Shown here in pieces: positions 36,289 to 49,149 of a stretch of 64,000 nt of DNA. Every line of letters starts with the position of its first letter. The first letter of the stretch is position 1. A model generated the notes under the pieces. It was not told where the DNA came from, did not search any database, and saw only the letters and a program-made list of their open reading frames with translations. This DNA is from Octopus sinensis (lineage: Eukaryota), in contig NC_043000.1 of assembly GCF_006345805.1 (NCBI RefSeq), positions 159,898,001-159,962,000 on the forward strand, in the 5' to 3' direction. A program made the position numbers and the translations under genes.

Positions 36289-37069
36289 AGTAAATATTCT
36301 ATGACGAAATTAAATTAAACGTAGGTACAAATCTTAGAGTGAAATGTACACTCACAGATTGAAAGAAACCACTGGTTAAGATCGAGCTCTGTACTTATGA
36401 TACATAGAGAATCATATCACTCTTGAAATAGACAGATTAATTTAATAAAAAAAAATATATATATTAACCTTAAACACCTAGAAAATAATACACCTAGAAA
36501 ATAAAAATGATAAATTATACCATCAATTGAATTTCTCAAAATTTAATTACATAAATAGAAATAAAATAAATAGATACTGAAATAAATATAGAAATATATA
36601 TATTGTATATGTTTCTATTCCACTAGCATGTAGGTAGGGAGGAAAATGACATCCAGGTATCCAATATACTTTTGGCGGGATTGGTAGTATGACTTAAATT
36701 CTCGGGGACGACATCTAGCCACTGTCCTGCTATGGTCAAACTTTATATTTTGGCTATTTTTAGAACAGAATTCCGAAGACAAATAAGTTGACACACACAC
36801 ATATAAATAAAAAAGACACACAGGAGCAATTCATTTTCGAGCGAAAATGCTAACACATACACACAAGAATGGCATGATGTCATGTTAGTCTATAATGAAC
36901 ACTCAATCTCTTAATGTGTAAAGTATCTCTACTTTTTAAATTCGTAATGCAACTATTAATTGTAAAAAGAAATGAAAGTAGATATCGAAACGATCGTAGG
37001 CCTTATGTAATCGACATTTATGTAAATAAATTGCTATTACTGCATTCAAACTCTCCATATTCTTTATAT

Positions 37070-37283
37070 ATATATAACATGTGATCTCTTGAGCACCACC
37101 AGCAAAAAAAAAGTTTTCCTCTGTCTTCCCTTCTCGGGATCTTTCCTTCTCCTTTGTGTCCGACGAAGAGCTCCGCTCGAAACGTTAAACCCTCCTCCCC
37201 TTCTTTCCTGAGCGTCAAATAATACTTTAATTGTTCCACGTCCTCGCGTTGCTGTGTTTTTTTCTGTGTTTTCTTGTTTGGAT

Positions 37284-37290
<7 letters not shown>
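37070..37290 (+). mobile_element. Penelope-type terminal repeat fragment with hammerhead-like motif
   Basis: GTGT-CCGACGA-A-GAGC-TCC-GCTC-GAAA-CGT-T-AAAC at 37156-37190, related to the 3.7 kb motif. Confidence 0.55.
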
Positions 37291-37320
<30 letters not shown>

Positions 37321-37629
37321 CGACAGATTGATAAACAGGCAGACGTAGCTTTTCTCGGGTTCATGACCGCTACATTACATCACATTTCGAAGTCTATGTA
37401 TTTGCAATCTAATAAAATGATGATTGTTACGAAATGCTTTATAAAGGAAAGAAACAGCTCCAAAATGCAAATGAAAATGTTGAATATGTTATATTTCTGC
37501 GGAAGACATCGGAGATGTGATTTGCATCTGCCCTAATATATCGTCAACTTATTAACTCCATATGCGACACTACTTTGTCGCAAAAACAATAGGTAAGCCA
37601 TCCGAGGAAACACACTGACTGAATGAATA

Positions 37630-37910
37630 TAGAGAAACCCCATATTACTGAATACATACACAAACACTAACACAAGGAATACTGGTGGAATATTGTCATT
37701 AAAACATCTGTCAATTATGAACAGGCCGGATATTGTTGTTTGGGTCAGACAAGAAAAACATGTACGGACAAATCGGACAGCTGTCCTGCTGATGTGAATA
37801 TATATTTGAAAATCAAAGAAGAAGAAAAATATACACAACTGCTTCGAAACATCCAGCTCTATATCCAGGTTATAAATTCACATTTATAACAATAATAATT
37901 AGCGCACTTG
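37630..37910 (+). pseudogene. Restriction-like endonuclease remnant of an R4/Dong-type element
   Basis: EYWWNIVIKTS...RPDIVVW...SCPADVNI..KIKE..KYTQLLRN...YPGYKFTFITIII. Homologous to 49860-50050. Confidence 0.6.
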
Positions 37911-37964
37911 ATTTTGTGAGTAACTGCCGAAGCGACAATCTCAATAGTGTTTTCCAGAAAAAGA

Positions 37965-38375
37965 AATCAACCAAGGCCAGTAAGTTCAAGGGAGAGGGTA
38001 TATCGATTATATCGACCACAGTGTTCAACTGATGCATATTCCATCGATCCCGAAAGATGAAAGCCCAAGACGATCTGGGAAGAATTTTAACTCAAAACGT
38101 AAATCAGACGTAATACTGCAAATCATTTTGCTCGGCGTGCTAACGATTCTGCAAGCATTGCCGTTATTATTATGAATATTGATTTCAAATTTTGGCACAA
38201 GGCTAATAGATTCTGAGGGCAGGTGATAAGGCGATTATATCGACCCAAGTTCTCAACTGGTACTTGTTTTATCGATCCCGAAAAGAGACCTCGGCATAAT
38301 TTGGACTCAAAACGTAAAGACGGATGAAATACTGCTAAGCATTTTGCCCAGCATGTTAACGCTTCTGCCAGCTTG
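37965..38375 (-). mobile_element. Two tandem degenerate copies of tRNA-derived SINE family C
   Basis: Both contain ATATCGACC..AGT.TTCAACTG...TTATCGATCCCGAAA...ACTCAAAACGTAAA...GCTAACGATTCTGC. Same family as 55340-55565. Confidence 0.7.
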
Positions 38376-39683
38376 CAAAGTAAAGTAACCATTTGGTGTC
38401 GACAAAAATAGTAAGAGTTGAATATTGGCATCAGCGTAATCAACGATTCATTCTGCGATATGTGTAGAGCACCTTCAAAATTATTAAATTAGGATAGAGG
38501 TGATCCAGTTTGGGACAGGAATGGGATCAATTAAGTCGCTTCTCTTCTACCAGTCGGAGTTCGGATAGCATTAGAAATCAGAGCATAATTGGTAAAAAAT
38601 AACACAAGGGAATTTTGTTCTGCATTCTGTAAAGATTATTATAGCTAGAGGCTTAAATTCCCTGGAGAAGCAGCTATTCAGAAGTAAACGTAAGAAATTC
38701 GATATAATTTCAAATTGACTGAGATTAACATTTCTCGTAGATTAATTTAACCAATTTCTTGAGGAGTTTCCGAACACATCGTCAGAGCTTCTTCCCTTGG
38801 ATCTTAGGAGCATTTTCATATACTAATACTAGAGCATTTGGTTTAGGTTAGATGTCTGCAACAGTCACCATCGTGTGATTTAGTTCATCATATGAGAAAT
38901 GATTTATTAAATTTACTAAGGATCCGGGTTTCAAGCCCTAGGCAGCATAGGCTTCAATCATCGTGAAATTGTAGTTATTAATAAATATATAACCATGCCA
39001 ATGAAACTCCGAGGTAGGTGCTTCCTACAAATATGAACTCTAAACAATGTATGATAATTTTACGAGGTATGTAATAATTAACGAATGACAATTAAGACCT
39101 GCTTCATAAAGGAAGAGTACACAATTTTAAAAATCAAGAATGTTCCAAAGTAGACATGTTATTAACATAAAGGACAGACTTATAGTCTAAAGATAAGAGA
39201 ACTGTTTTGAACACGTTTCTGTCTCAATAACCGACATCAGCACAATTGACAAACCTGAAAGTGTAAATAATTTCCCTACTTATCTCCTGTAGGGAGAGTA
39301 TTAATACATACAAAAACAGTAGAACAAATTTATAGCCTAGAAATTTGCATATATTATATATGCATATGTCAGGTCGGTTTATTTGTGGATGCTTGAGTGA
39401 GTGCATAAATGAGTGTATACATTTAACTATAAATAAAAAGCAATTCTGATAAAAAATGTACACCACCACATTTACTTTATACACAATGATACGTGAATGA
39501 AACATTTCCTGCATTCAGTAATATTGAAGCATGAATGTGGAAACGCCTATACACGAGGAAAAGAAGCTCGAAATATACGCATTTCTGTGTGAATATATAC
39601 ATACATGCTTATATATATATATACATACATACATATATGTGTGTGTGTATGTAAGTGTGTGTGAGTGTATGTGTGCGTGTATA

Positions 39684-40077
39684 TCTTTATATATAAAAGA
39701 GAGGTTGTGCTGTCTGTCTCCTACGATTTAGATAACTACTCCCACATTTTGCGGTGCAGTTTAACCAAGACCGGGTATCTTATAGTCGTGATTTATATCG
39801 AGCCCTTCTGGGTATTAGCGCGCGTCTACGATGAGTCTACGATTTAAAAAAAATTACCATCATTTTTTTCCATTTTAATGCATTTTTTCGCTATTATATA
39901 AGGGAAGTAACTATCTAAAAATGTCTACGATGAGTAAACGATTTAAAAAAATAATTTGCCATCATTTTTTCCATTTTTAATGCATTTTCTTTGCTATTTT
40001 TTGGCTATAACTCTCTAAAAAATGCTAATATAGTTATTTCCCTTACAAACCCGAGCAACGCCGGGCGATACTGCTAG
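39684..40077 (+). mobile_element. Non-autonomous Helitron-like element, copy 2
   Basis: A|TC start, CCCGAGCAACGCCGGG hairpin, CTAG|T end, and a small internal duplication. Confidence 0.85.
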
Positions 40078-40307
40078 TCTATTATATAAAATCCGTTCTG
40101 TCTGTGTGTGTATCTTCTAGGATCTCCAGTATCCGCCATCCGATTGCGCTCAAATTTGATATGTATATACTGACGGTATCAGGGCGTGTATAAGTCTTGA
40201 AAAAATTACAAAACTCGATTCCAAGTGAAAATGCGATCGATAAAGCCGTGGGAACGTGCATCTGCATGTTCCCACGGCTTTATCGATCGCATTCGTTTTT
40301 CTTGGAA
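40078..40307 (+). mobile_element. 5' part of a second Helitron-like family, ending in a 31 bp hairpin
   Basis: Begins TCTATTATATAAAATCCGTTCTGTCTGT immediately after CTAG. 40230-40260 and 40263-40293 are inverted with one mismatch. Confidence 0.55.
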
Positions 40308-40985
40308 TAGAAAGAAGTCTATCTTTATTTCATATGTTGCTTGTGTCTCAAATTTAGGTTAAATCAGTGTTTCTTAAAGGGGAGGTCTATGGGACTGTCG
40401 GACAAGTTATTTTGAGAAAATGTGGTTTAAAAGTTTGACAGCTCAGCACCTCCCATTGGACAGGGGCGTTTTCCCCGTATATTATATATATATATGCGTG
40501 TATACATATATATTTATAAACACGCGCGCGTGTATGTACGAATGGGTAGGTACATTTATACATACATGATGGTGCTTAGGATACAGAACTGCAAGAAATT
40601 TATGCTAGACTAAAACTCTATCTAAAACTCTATACCAACTTTGGAGGGCTTCACGCACGTACGTACACACACAAACACACATACACACACACATACACAC
40701 ATTCAAGCATCGTCATTTGGGATGGGGTAGTGCACATGACAAAATTTAACCCTCCCAGTTTGAAGATCAATATAGCAGACAATATCATATATCTGTAGAT
40801 TTATCTAACGATACTACACACACACACACACACACACACAGAGCCTCACCCACATATGCACATCATTCACACACTCATACACATACAGACATACTCTCAC
40901 TCATGCATGTACATCCTACACAAAACGTATATACATATATATCTGCGTTCATGTGTATATATGTCTATACGTATAGATACACACG

Positions 40986-41081
<96 letters not shown>

Positions 41082-42669
41082 ATATATATGTGTGTTTACG
41101 TGAATGTGTGTTTATAATTGTATATATTACAGATTACTATCTCCTTTTTCCCCATCTGTGACTGATAGTGTCAATCGCATGACCTTTCACGTTCAGTTAT
41201 GTTCATCAGCTTGTACTCATTCTTGACCCTAGCACGTAACTCCCTCCCACACACATGACCCGTAAGCTATGATACACACACGTGTGTACTCCAAAGCATT
41301 CGCAAGTGCATTCACATGCATACATGATTTGGAAATATATTTGTTATATACACGGGCTATAGCTAAATCATACATGTAGCACCTTTTTACCAACTGGAAG
41401 TCGAATATAGCACGAAGATAAAGGTATCCACATGGGCCAACAAGCAGACTTCTGATGAACCATACGTTCATGTTAAAATTATCAGTAAAAATGCCTTCAA
41501 ATTATATCGTAACTTTTAGGAAAGAAAATAATTAATTCTTAAATCAAGACACTTCAATGACATACTAGTAAACCCTTAACAGGGGTCATATTAACAATAG
41601 TATTTAAGGTATCGTATTATAAATATGTCTTGTTACAGAAGGTGGGTAAAAGTAGTAACATCATATTCAAGATATCACTAAATATCCATTTTATCAGTAA
41701 ATGGTATATTTTAAAGTTTTATTATAAAGAGTGTTTCTATTATTGATCTATCGTTTTATAATTAATTGATAAGATCATTTCTGGGAGGCTAGAGTAAAAT
41801 TTTCTTCTTTGGATAAAAAACTCTTGTGTTTGAACTCAGGAAATAGAAATTTAAAGCTAAATATTCAATACTTAGAGTTACTGTAATACCATTTGTTTTT
41901 TAGATTTTTCATTTTTGCTAAGCCATCATCTATTGTCATGAAATATTTAATAGTTAAGTAGAAGAAAAAACAGAGCAAGACATTTAATAAATACAATGTC
42001 TGGAGTGTAGTTGGTATTTTTGCTTTCATGATAACAGTCTGACCTCTGACATTTGATCTCCAGCCTTTAGTCTCGGCTTGAAATGTCCACACTAACGTAT
42101 GAACTGTCTAAGACCTTTCTATACAGTGACTCTGTTTCTATGCTTACACTAGTTTCTCATGGTTGCTAACACGATTTTAGTTGTCTTCAATCTTGCTGTT
42201 TGTAGTGTTGTTGTTGCTGTTACTACTGTTGCTGCTGTTGTTGTTTTCGTTGCTGCTGCTCTGCATATGTTATTTCAGACATTCTATTATTATTGCCGTC
42301 GACTCGCGACAGGAATTTGTACGCGATTACACGATTTGTTAGAAATAGCACCTAAGTCTCACCGAATTCTCAAAAAGACGAAAGCGCTGGCTAATGTGGT
42401 TCCTGGTATTCTATTTATTGGAAAAAGATGGAATTGTTATGACTGGAATACATCTGACGATAGTTTTGCTACTGGCGACGAAGACGGTACGACTGCTGAC
42501 ATTGTTGTTATTGAAACAAATATATTATCGTTTTAGGTATTGTTGCTGTTGTAGCTGTTACTATTATTGTTGACGATGTTATTGATTTTTAGCTATATGT
42601 TAATCATGAATTAACTACGATCAAAGCACATCTTATCCTCCCACGTATAACTTTCTGTTACATAACCGT

Positions 42670-42895
42670 ACTCTTTTACTCTTTTACTCTTTTACTTGTT
42701 TCAGTCATTTGATAGCAGCCATGCTGGAGCACCGCCTTTTAGTCGAGCATATCGACCCCGGGACTTATTCTTTGTAAGCCCAGTACTTATTCTATCGATC
42801 TCTTTTTGCCGAACCGCTAAGTGACGGGGACGTAAACACACCAGCATCGGTTGTCAAGCGATGGTGGGGGGACAAACACAGACACACAAACATAT

Positions 42896-42926
<31 letters not shown>

Positions 42927-43082
42927 CATATATTCGACAGGCTTCTTTCAGTTTCCGTCTACCAAATCCACATTGGTCGGCCCCTGGCTATAGCAGAAGA
43001 CACTAGCCCAAGGTGCCACGCAGTGGGACTGAACCCGGAACCATGTGGTTGGTAAAGAAGCTACTTACCACACAGCCACTCC
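42670..43082 (-). mobile_element. SINE family A
   Basis: Head GGAGTGGCTGTGTGG...GGTTCAGTCCC. Tail GGCGGTGCTCCAGCATGGC...GACTGAAACAAG(TAAAAGAG)n. Confidence 0.9.
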
Positions 43083-43627
43083 GTAGAGGATATTTTGAAA
43101 GAAATTTCACTCCTATTTCGAGTTCACTCATTGGTCCATGGATATTACTTAACACGCAGCCTAAATAAAAAAAAAATTATGCATTCTACAAAAATTCTAG
43201 TTGTTGATATATTCAAATTTGCTGTTGACACACAGTACACATATATATCAATAAATGTCATCTACGTTAGGGGAAATGACCGAATCAGCAGAGGCTTGGA
43301 CAATGTAATTTGTGGTATTTGGACGCGTCCAAATATTAGGATCTGTTATGTCAACTATATACTGTACTCCAGCGTGGCTAAATTCTTGTGAGTGAAAAAT
43401 CAGTGAAAGAACATATTAGCAGATTGCAGGTCTCATGTCAGTCATTGTAAGAATCGCTAGTCTAAATAAAAATGAAACAAAAAAGAAGCGTTTCTCATTT
43501 TGTATGTTAACATCATGTTTTGTCTCAGGTTAAGTCTAGTATAGTAGATCGAATCTGCTGCAGGTATCACCACCAAATATTGTGCTTTTATGTATTTGTG
43601 TATATAGGACATAGCATATCATATTTT

Positions 43628-44068
43628 GGATCTTTTCTGTTTGATCGACAGTTTTTAACATAATTTCTAGGTAACTAAAAAATTTTAAACTTCGTATACT
43701 GGTAGAATGTATTTATAAAACATCTTTTTCTCTTGGCTTTATTGAGAAAATTCTATAGTTTGTAAGATATTTGTTGTTGTTTTTTCTTCAATTTCTACAA
43801 TTTCAACCAATCAGTGACGTGTATTGAGGTAGAAAAACATTATATGCCGTATGAATATGTCCCTCGTTTAAGAAACAGATTGGATTTATTTACATTTGTG
43901 AAGAAAAAAAGATACCCTTCGCCCCACTCGTAACTCTAACCCTAACTAACCCTAATCCTAAAACAGATTGAAATGCAATAGATCGATACTAGGGTCATAA
44001 TTATGGGTGACAATTTCATATGACACCGTTAGAAAAAAAAAAACTGCCGTTCAAACCGAAAAGATCCC
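43628..44068. mobile_element. MITE with ~29 bp TIRs and an internal telomere-like TAACCC run
   Basis: GGATCTTTTCTGTTTGATCGACAGTTTTT versus AAAAACTGCCGTTCAAACCGAAAAGATCC. TAACTCTAACCCTAACTAACCCTAATCCTAA at ~43930-43960. Confidence 0.7.
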
Positions 44069-44605
44069 ATGTTTTCTATTTTTAAAGCAGTAGTGTGCAA
44101 TTTTAAGGAAATTTAGCTGTTACTTCTAAAAGATCAAGAAAACACATATAGGTTCCCTCGAAACTAAAAAAAAAAAAAAATGAGGCAGTAAAAGTAAAAG
44201 TTAAATTATTCCCTTTAGAACAGAACCTGTACGGAATATTACTGATAATGAATTCCCCGTATAATTGAAGAAACAACAATAACAAATAATGTTCTAGCAA
44301 AGTTCGTGCTGTTTTAATGGAATTATAATATTACAAGTAGCAACAAATTAATTCTAAATAAACGCAATAATCCACTTAGTAATTGTGTAATAGGAAGACA
44401 TATAATTTAAAATAACTGCGTCGGAAATGTTGTAATACTTCTACAAGTGTTAACAATGACAGCTAACAACAACCAGCAAGAATTCCCACCACATACATAC
44501 ATAAACACACACACACTACACACACATCCATTGACACATACAAACAAACGCACACATATACACATGCACACATACATATATCAATATCAATATATATATT
44601 ATATA

Positions 44606-44646
<41 letters not shown>

Positions 44647-45586
44647 TAAATGAAAATCTCAGTGTAGCGACGGAAGAAATCCACATCTCTGGAAAATAGG
44701 ATTACAAAACCATAAAACTGAAAGAGAGTCTGTTACGTTATTTGTTTCGAATCCGTACGATCTAAGTTCAAATCACGCCGATGCCAACTTTTTAGTCTTC
44801 CTTTCGGTGTTGATAAATAAAATCCCAGTTAGATACTGACAGAATGCTCTATCTATCCAATTGTTATATCCTGGATATTCCACAGTGTCAAAGGTGAAAA
44901 AGTTCGAGAGTGTGTCGATGTTGACTCACGACGAAGTGGGTATTGTATAGTAGTTTGTACTATTCTTTCGATAAAATGTTTTTTCACTGATTTTGTTGCC
45001 GCAGACAGACATTAAGACACTCACGGTTCTACCATTTGGTTCACCTAGCGGGTCATGGAAAATGAGAGAGCAAGCGGTAGGGAAGGCTAAATTAATACTA
45101 TGTCGGTAGTCATTTTTAACTGTGCAGACAAGGCCAACATGAAATAAAGCGCGACTGTGATTAAGGTTGAAATGTATTGCTCGATATAGCAATCAAAGTT
45201 ACAACGATATAATCCCGAACCCAACACCCTGCATATTATTAGATTTTCAGTAATTCGTCAACTGCACGAAACTGTTAGAGATGCAGAAATAATCTGGTTC
45301 ACCAAGAAAACTATAAGAAAATTAAAGTTCCTCTTGTGCAAGTGTGTATTATGTGCGTATGTATGTATGTCTGTCTGTCTATCTGTCTATCTGTCTGTCT
45401 GTATGTATGTATATATGTTTTGGTAAATAAAATTTAAATGTTGAAGTAAACCTAAAAGTTTTCTTTTATTTTTGTGTGCTTTTAAATGACTAAATGACTA
45501 ATAAACACCTTCCACGCTGCAATTGTCTTTGTTTCAGCGCATGATCTCAGATGAGGTCACTTGCTATGCTAGTACATCTCCGTAAC

Positions 45587-45619
<33 letters not shown>

Positions 45620-45644
45620 ATATATATTATATATATAAATATAA

Positions 45645-46055
45645 AGGAGTGGCTGTATAAATATAAAGGAGTGACTTCATAGTTCCGGGTTCAGTCCCAC
45701 TGCGTGGCACCTTGGGCAAGTGTTTTTTACTATACCCTCGGGCCAACCAAAGCCTTGTGAGCGGATTTGGTAGATGGAAACCGAAAGACGCCTGTCGTAT
45801 ATATATATATATGTATATATATGTATATATATGTATGTGTGTGTATATGTTTGTGTGTCTGTGTTTGTCCCCCGAACATCGCTTGACAACCGATGCTGGT
45901 CTGTTTGCGTCCCCGTAACTTAGCGGTTCGGCACAAAAGACTGATAGAATAAGTACGAGGCTTACAAAGAATAAGTCCTGGTGTCAACGTGCTCGATTAA
46001 ATGCGGTGCTCTAGCATGGCCACAGTGAAATGACTGAAACAAGTAAAAGAGTAAA
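45645..46055 (+). mobile_element. SINE family A (head partly deleted)
   Basis: AGGAGTGGCTGT...GGGTTCAGTCCCACTGCGTGGCACCTTGGGCAAG...GCGGTGCTCTAGCATGGCCACAGTGAAATGACTGAAACAAGTAAAAGA. Confidence 0.9.
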
Positions 46056-46699
46056 CGGTATATATCATACAATATATACATGAAATGTTCATTCTGAAAC
46101 ATTGTAAAATCTAAATCTAAAATCTAAAAGACCAGACATACTGCTCTAAGACAGTGTAAAGAAATTATATACTTTATTATACAATAAAAATCAGATGTTC
46201 AATAGACTTTAACATAATTGCTAAAAAGAAAACATCTGCAGCAAACCACTTAGAACTCTACGTATTCTTATATTCGAACTATAACATTTTACCTTTGATT
46301 ATTCAAGTATTTTGCCTTACAGCGGATTATCTCGACAATTTTTAGTTAACTCGGCTTCAGAATATCAGGAAAAGTGAAGGCTAATTACGCAACCAATTAT
46401 AACTCACTAATGGAACAATCTTAAAAACATGTGGAATATGTGTAAAATTTGCATATGCTTTCATATAGAAAGAAATCGATCATATTTATGTGTACATATA
46501 CATAAATCCAGATGGATTCATACGCAATGACATTCATACTGGCATTCATATGTGCAAATATACATACACACACAAACACACACACATACACACACAAACA
46601 CACACAAACACACACACATACATACATACATACATACATACATACATACATACATACATACATACATGCATACATACATACATACATACATACATACAT

Positions 46700-47015
46700 A
46701 CGCAGTATCTTGTCCTACATCTTGATGGCAAATTTGGAGTCCATGGCACTATGCAGTGGCGCCCAGTTCTAGTATTTGTGTAACTCTCGATGCCAAAGTT
46801 TGGGGCAAGTCCTTCCAGGATCTTCCAGATGTATATTATGGCATATAATTCTCGCCTACGCTCTAAGGAATAAAGCCTTAATCTCTTGAGTCTTTCCCAA
46901 TAGCTTATATGCTGCATAGAGGCTATCTTCTTCGTGTAGCTTCGTTGGATTGCCTCAAGTTCTGAGATTAATTTGACACTGGGTGGTGACCATAGCTGAG
47001 AGTAATTGTCATGCT
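46700..47015 (-). mobile_element. Internal fragment of a LINE related to family 1
   Basis: YSQLWSP...LEAIQRSYTKKIASMQHISYWERLKRLRLYSLERRRE.YAIIYIWKILEGLAPNFGI closely parallels ORF 9228..10121. It ends in a (TATG)n array. Confidence 0.88.
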
Positions 47016-47713
47016 CATGAAGCATTTAAAAAATACTTAAGCACCTTTACTGCGAAACAGCATTGGCAAAAAATGGTTTGCTTTCGTAATGTAAATCGAT
47101 TTTCTCAACGCTGAGAACTGGCCAATTGTTTCTGTTTCTGTAAATGTAACTGATTCAACAGAGACAACCGTAAGATATATTCAACTTAGAAACATCCTGA
47201 AACCACAGTTCATAGAAAACTTTTCTACATTTTAGAAACAACTCTTAAGCGAGAGGTCATTCTTAACAAGATTAAGAAAACTTCCAACAGCTCAAATGTT
47301 GAAAGTTATCGACGATGTCGATGAGAGAGCATATGGAACCATGTGATATTAATTACTGGAATATTAGTACCAATATATACACAACAACTATCACACGTAA
47401 AAACACACAGAAGAAAGCTAACGTATGGTTGACAATCTGGAACAAAAGTAGGATTTCAAACTTAATACATCGTGTCTAAATGCAGTTAGAAGAGAATACT
47501 ATATCAGCATCAACAGTAAAAAGTATGCAAATGACCCGAAAACTTTCACCATAGCTGTAGACAAAGTGCATGACGGGAACGCACCGGGGAGAGATCTAAT
47601 GGTTTGATCCTGGTATAAGAAACTGACTTTTTACTGGAAACCACTAACACATACATACACATATATACATACATACATACATACATACATACATACATAC
47701 ATACATACATACA

Positions 47714-47751
<38 letters not shown>

Positions 47752-47966
47752 TAATATAGGATAAATATATTTTTTTCCTGGAAAAAATTTTTTATCAATG
47801 GCCGCATATCAAAAAATGCCTTTAAAGGTAAAATTTATACATAATTTACAAGATAAGGGCAGAAGAAAAATTCTAATGCCAGATACGCCGAAACAAAAAA
47901 TTGTCGATAAACATTAAATTTATGCGTCTCGAAACAAACCGATAGAAATCTCTAAAAAAATCGTTA

Positions 47967-48027
47967 TTACCGTATTGGTCCAATTTCGGGGTTAATTCAC
48001 AAGAAATTTTCCCCTCTTCAGCGGCAA
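47967..48027 (-). ncRNA. Type I hammerhead ribozyme, copy 1
   Basis: Minus strand reads UUGCCG-CUGAAGA-GGGG(19 nt)CCCC-GAAA-UUGGACCAA-UA-CGGUAA. The core is canonical and stems I, II and III all pair. Confidence 0.85.
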
Positions 48028-48391
48028 ATACGCGAGATATAAATGAAATACTTATTCATACCCACGGAAGAAGCAAGCACCAAGTCCTGAGCAGATTTAA
48101 GTACCCCAAATATATCCAAAATAGAAAAATCTTCGGTGCACCTCGAGACACGTGTGATTCGAACTAGAAACTTTCACAGAGTGATAGAATCCGGAAGTGA
48201 ACACTAATCAATTTATAATTAATATAGGATAAATTTTTTTTTTCCGGGAAAAAAGTTTTATCAATGGCCAGCATATCAAAAAATGCCTTTAAAGGTATTT
48301 TGGATATATTTGGGGCACTTAAGTCTGCTCAGGACTTGGTGCTTGCTTCGTCCATGGGTATGAATAAGTATTTCATTTATATCTCGCGTGT

Positions 48392-48452
48392 TTGCCGCTG
48401 AAGAGGGGAAAATTTCTTGTGAATTAACCCCGAAATTGGACCAATACGGTAA
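48392..48452 (+). ncRNA. Type I hammerhead ribozyme, copy 2 (identical to copy 1)
   Basis: Stem I TTGCCG/CGGTAA, core CTGAAGA (48398-48404), stem II GGGG/CCCC, GAAA (48432-48435), stem III ATTG-GAC-CAAT. The AUA triplet predicts cleavage after 48446. Confidence 0.85.
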
Positions 48453-48503
48453 TAACGAATTGTTTAGAGATTTCTATCGGTTTGTGTATATATATATATA
48501 TAC

Positions 48504-48562
<59 letters not shown>

Positions 48563-48611
48563 GTAATACCAGCGATTATAATTATTTTTATTTTATCGCA
48601 ATTGATTTGTT

Positions 48612-48642
<31 letters not shown>

Positions 48643-48644
48643 CA

Positions 48645-48695
<51 letters not shown>

Positions 48696-48780
48696 AATAT
48701 ATATATAATATACAAATATATATATATATATAATATATATATATATATAATAATATATATACAAATATATATATATACAA

Positions 48781-48830
<50 letters not shown>

Positions 48831-48930
48831 TATACAAATATATATATATACAAATATATATATAATATATATATATACAAATATATATATATATAATATA
48901 TATATATGTATAAATATATATATATTATAT

Positions 48931-49001
<71 letters not shown>

Positions 49002-49149
49002 AGAGTTTACGAAAAAACAAAAGACGAAGGCAGGTGGTGTTCAAAACAAACAGATGTATATATTTATATCCAGAAACACTATGGATGTTCCGTTCAAACT
49101 GACATACCAATTTGGTGTGCTATAGCACGGTGAAAATCATGTAACTAAG

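Larger units (their letters stand above)
47746..48485. mobile_element. Non-coding mini-retroelement (PLE-derived or retrozyme-like): 468 bp unit + ~85 bp direct repeat + inverted arm
   Basis: 47746-47830 is repeated at 48214-48297. 48296-48485 is the reverse complement of 47934-48123. Microsatellites flank both sides. Confidence 0.8.
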
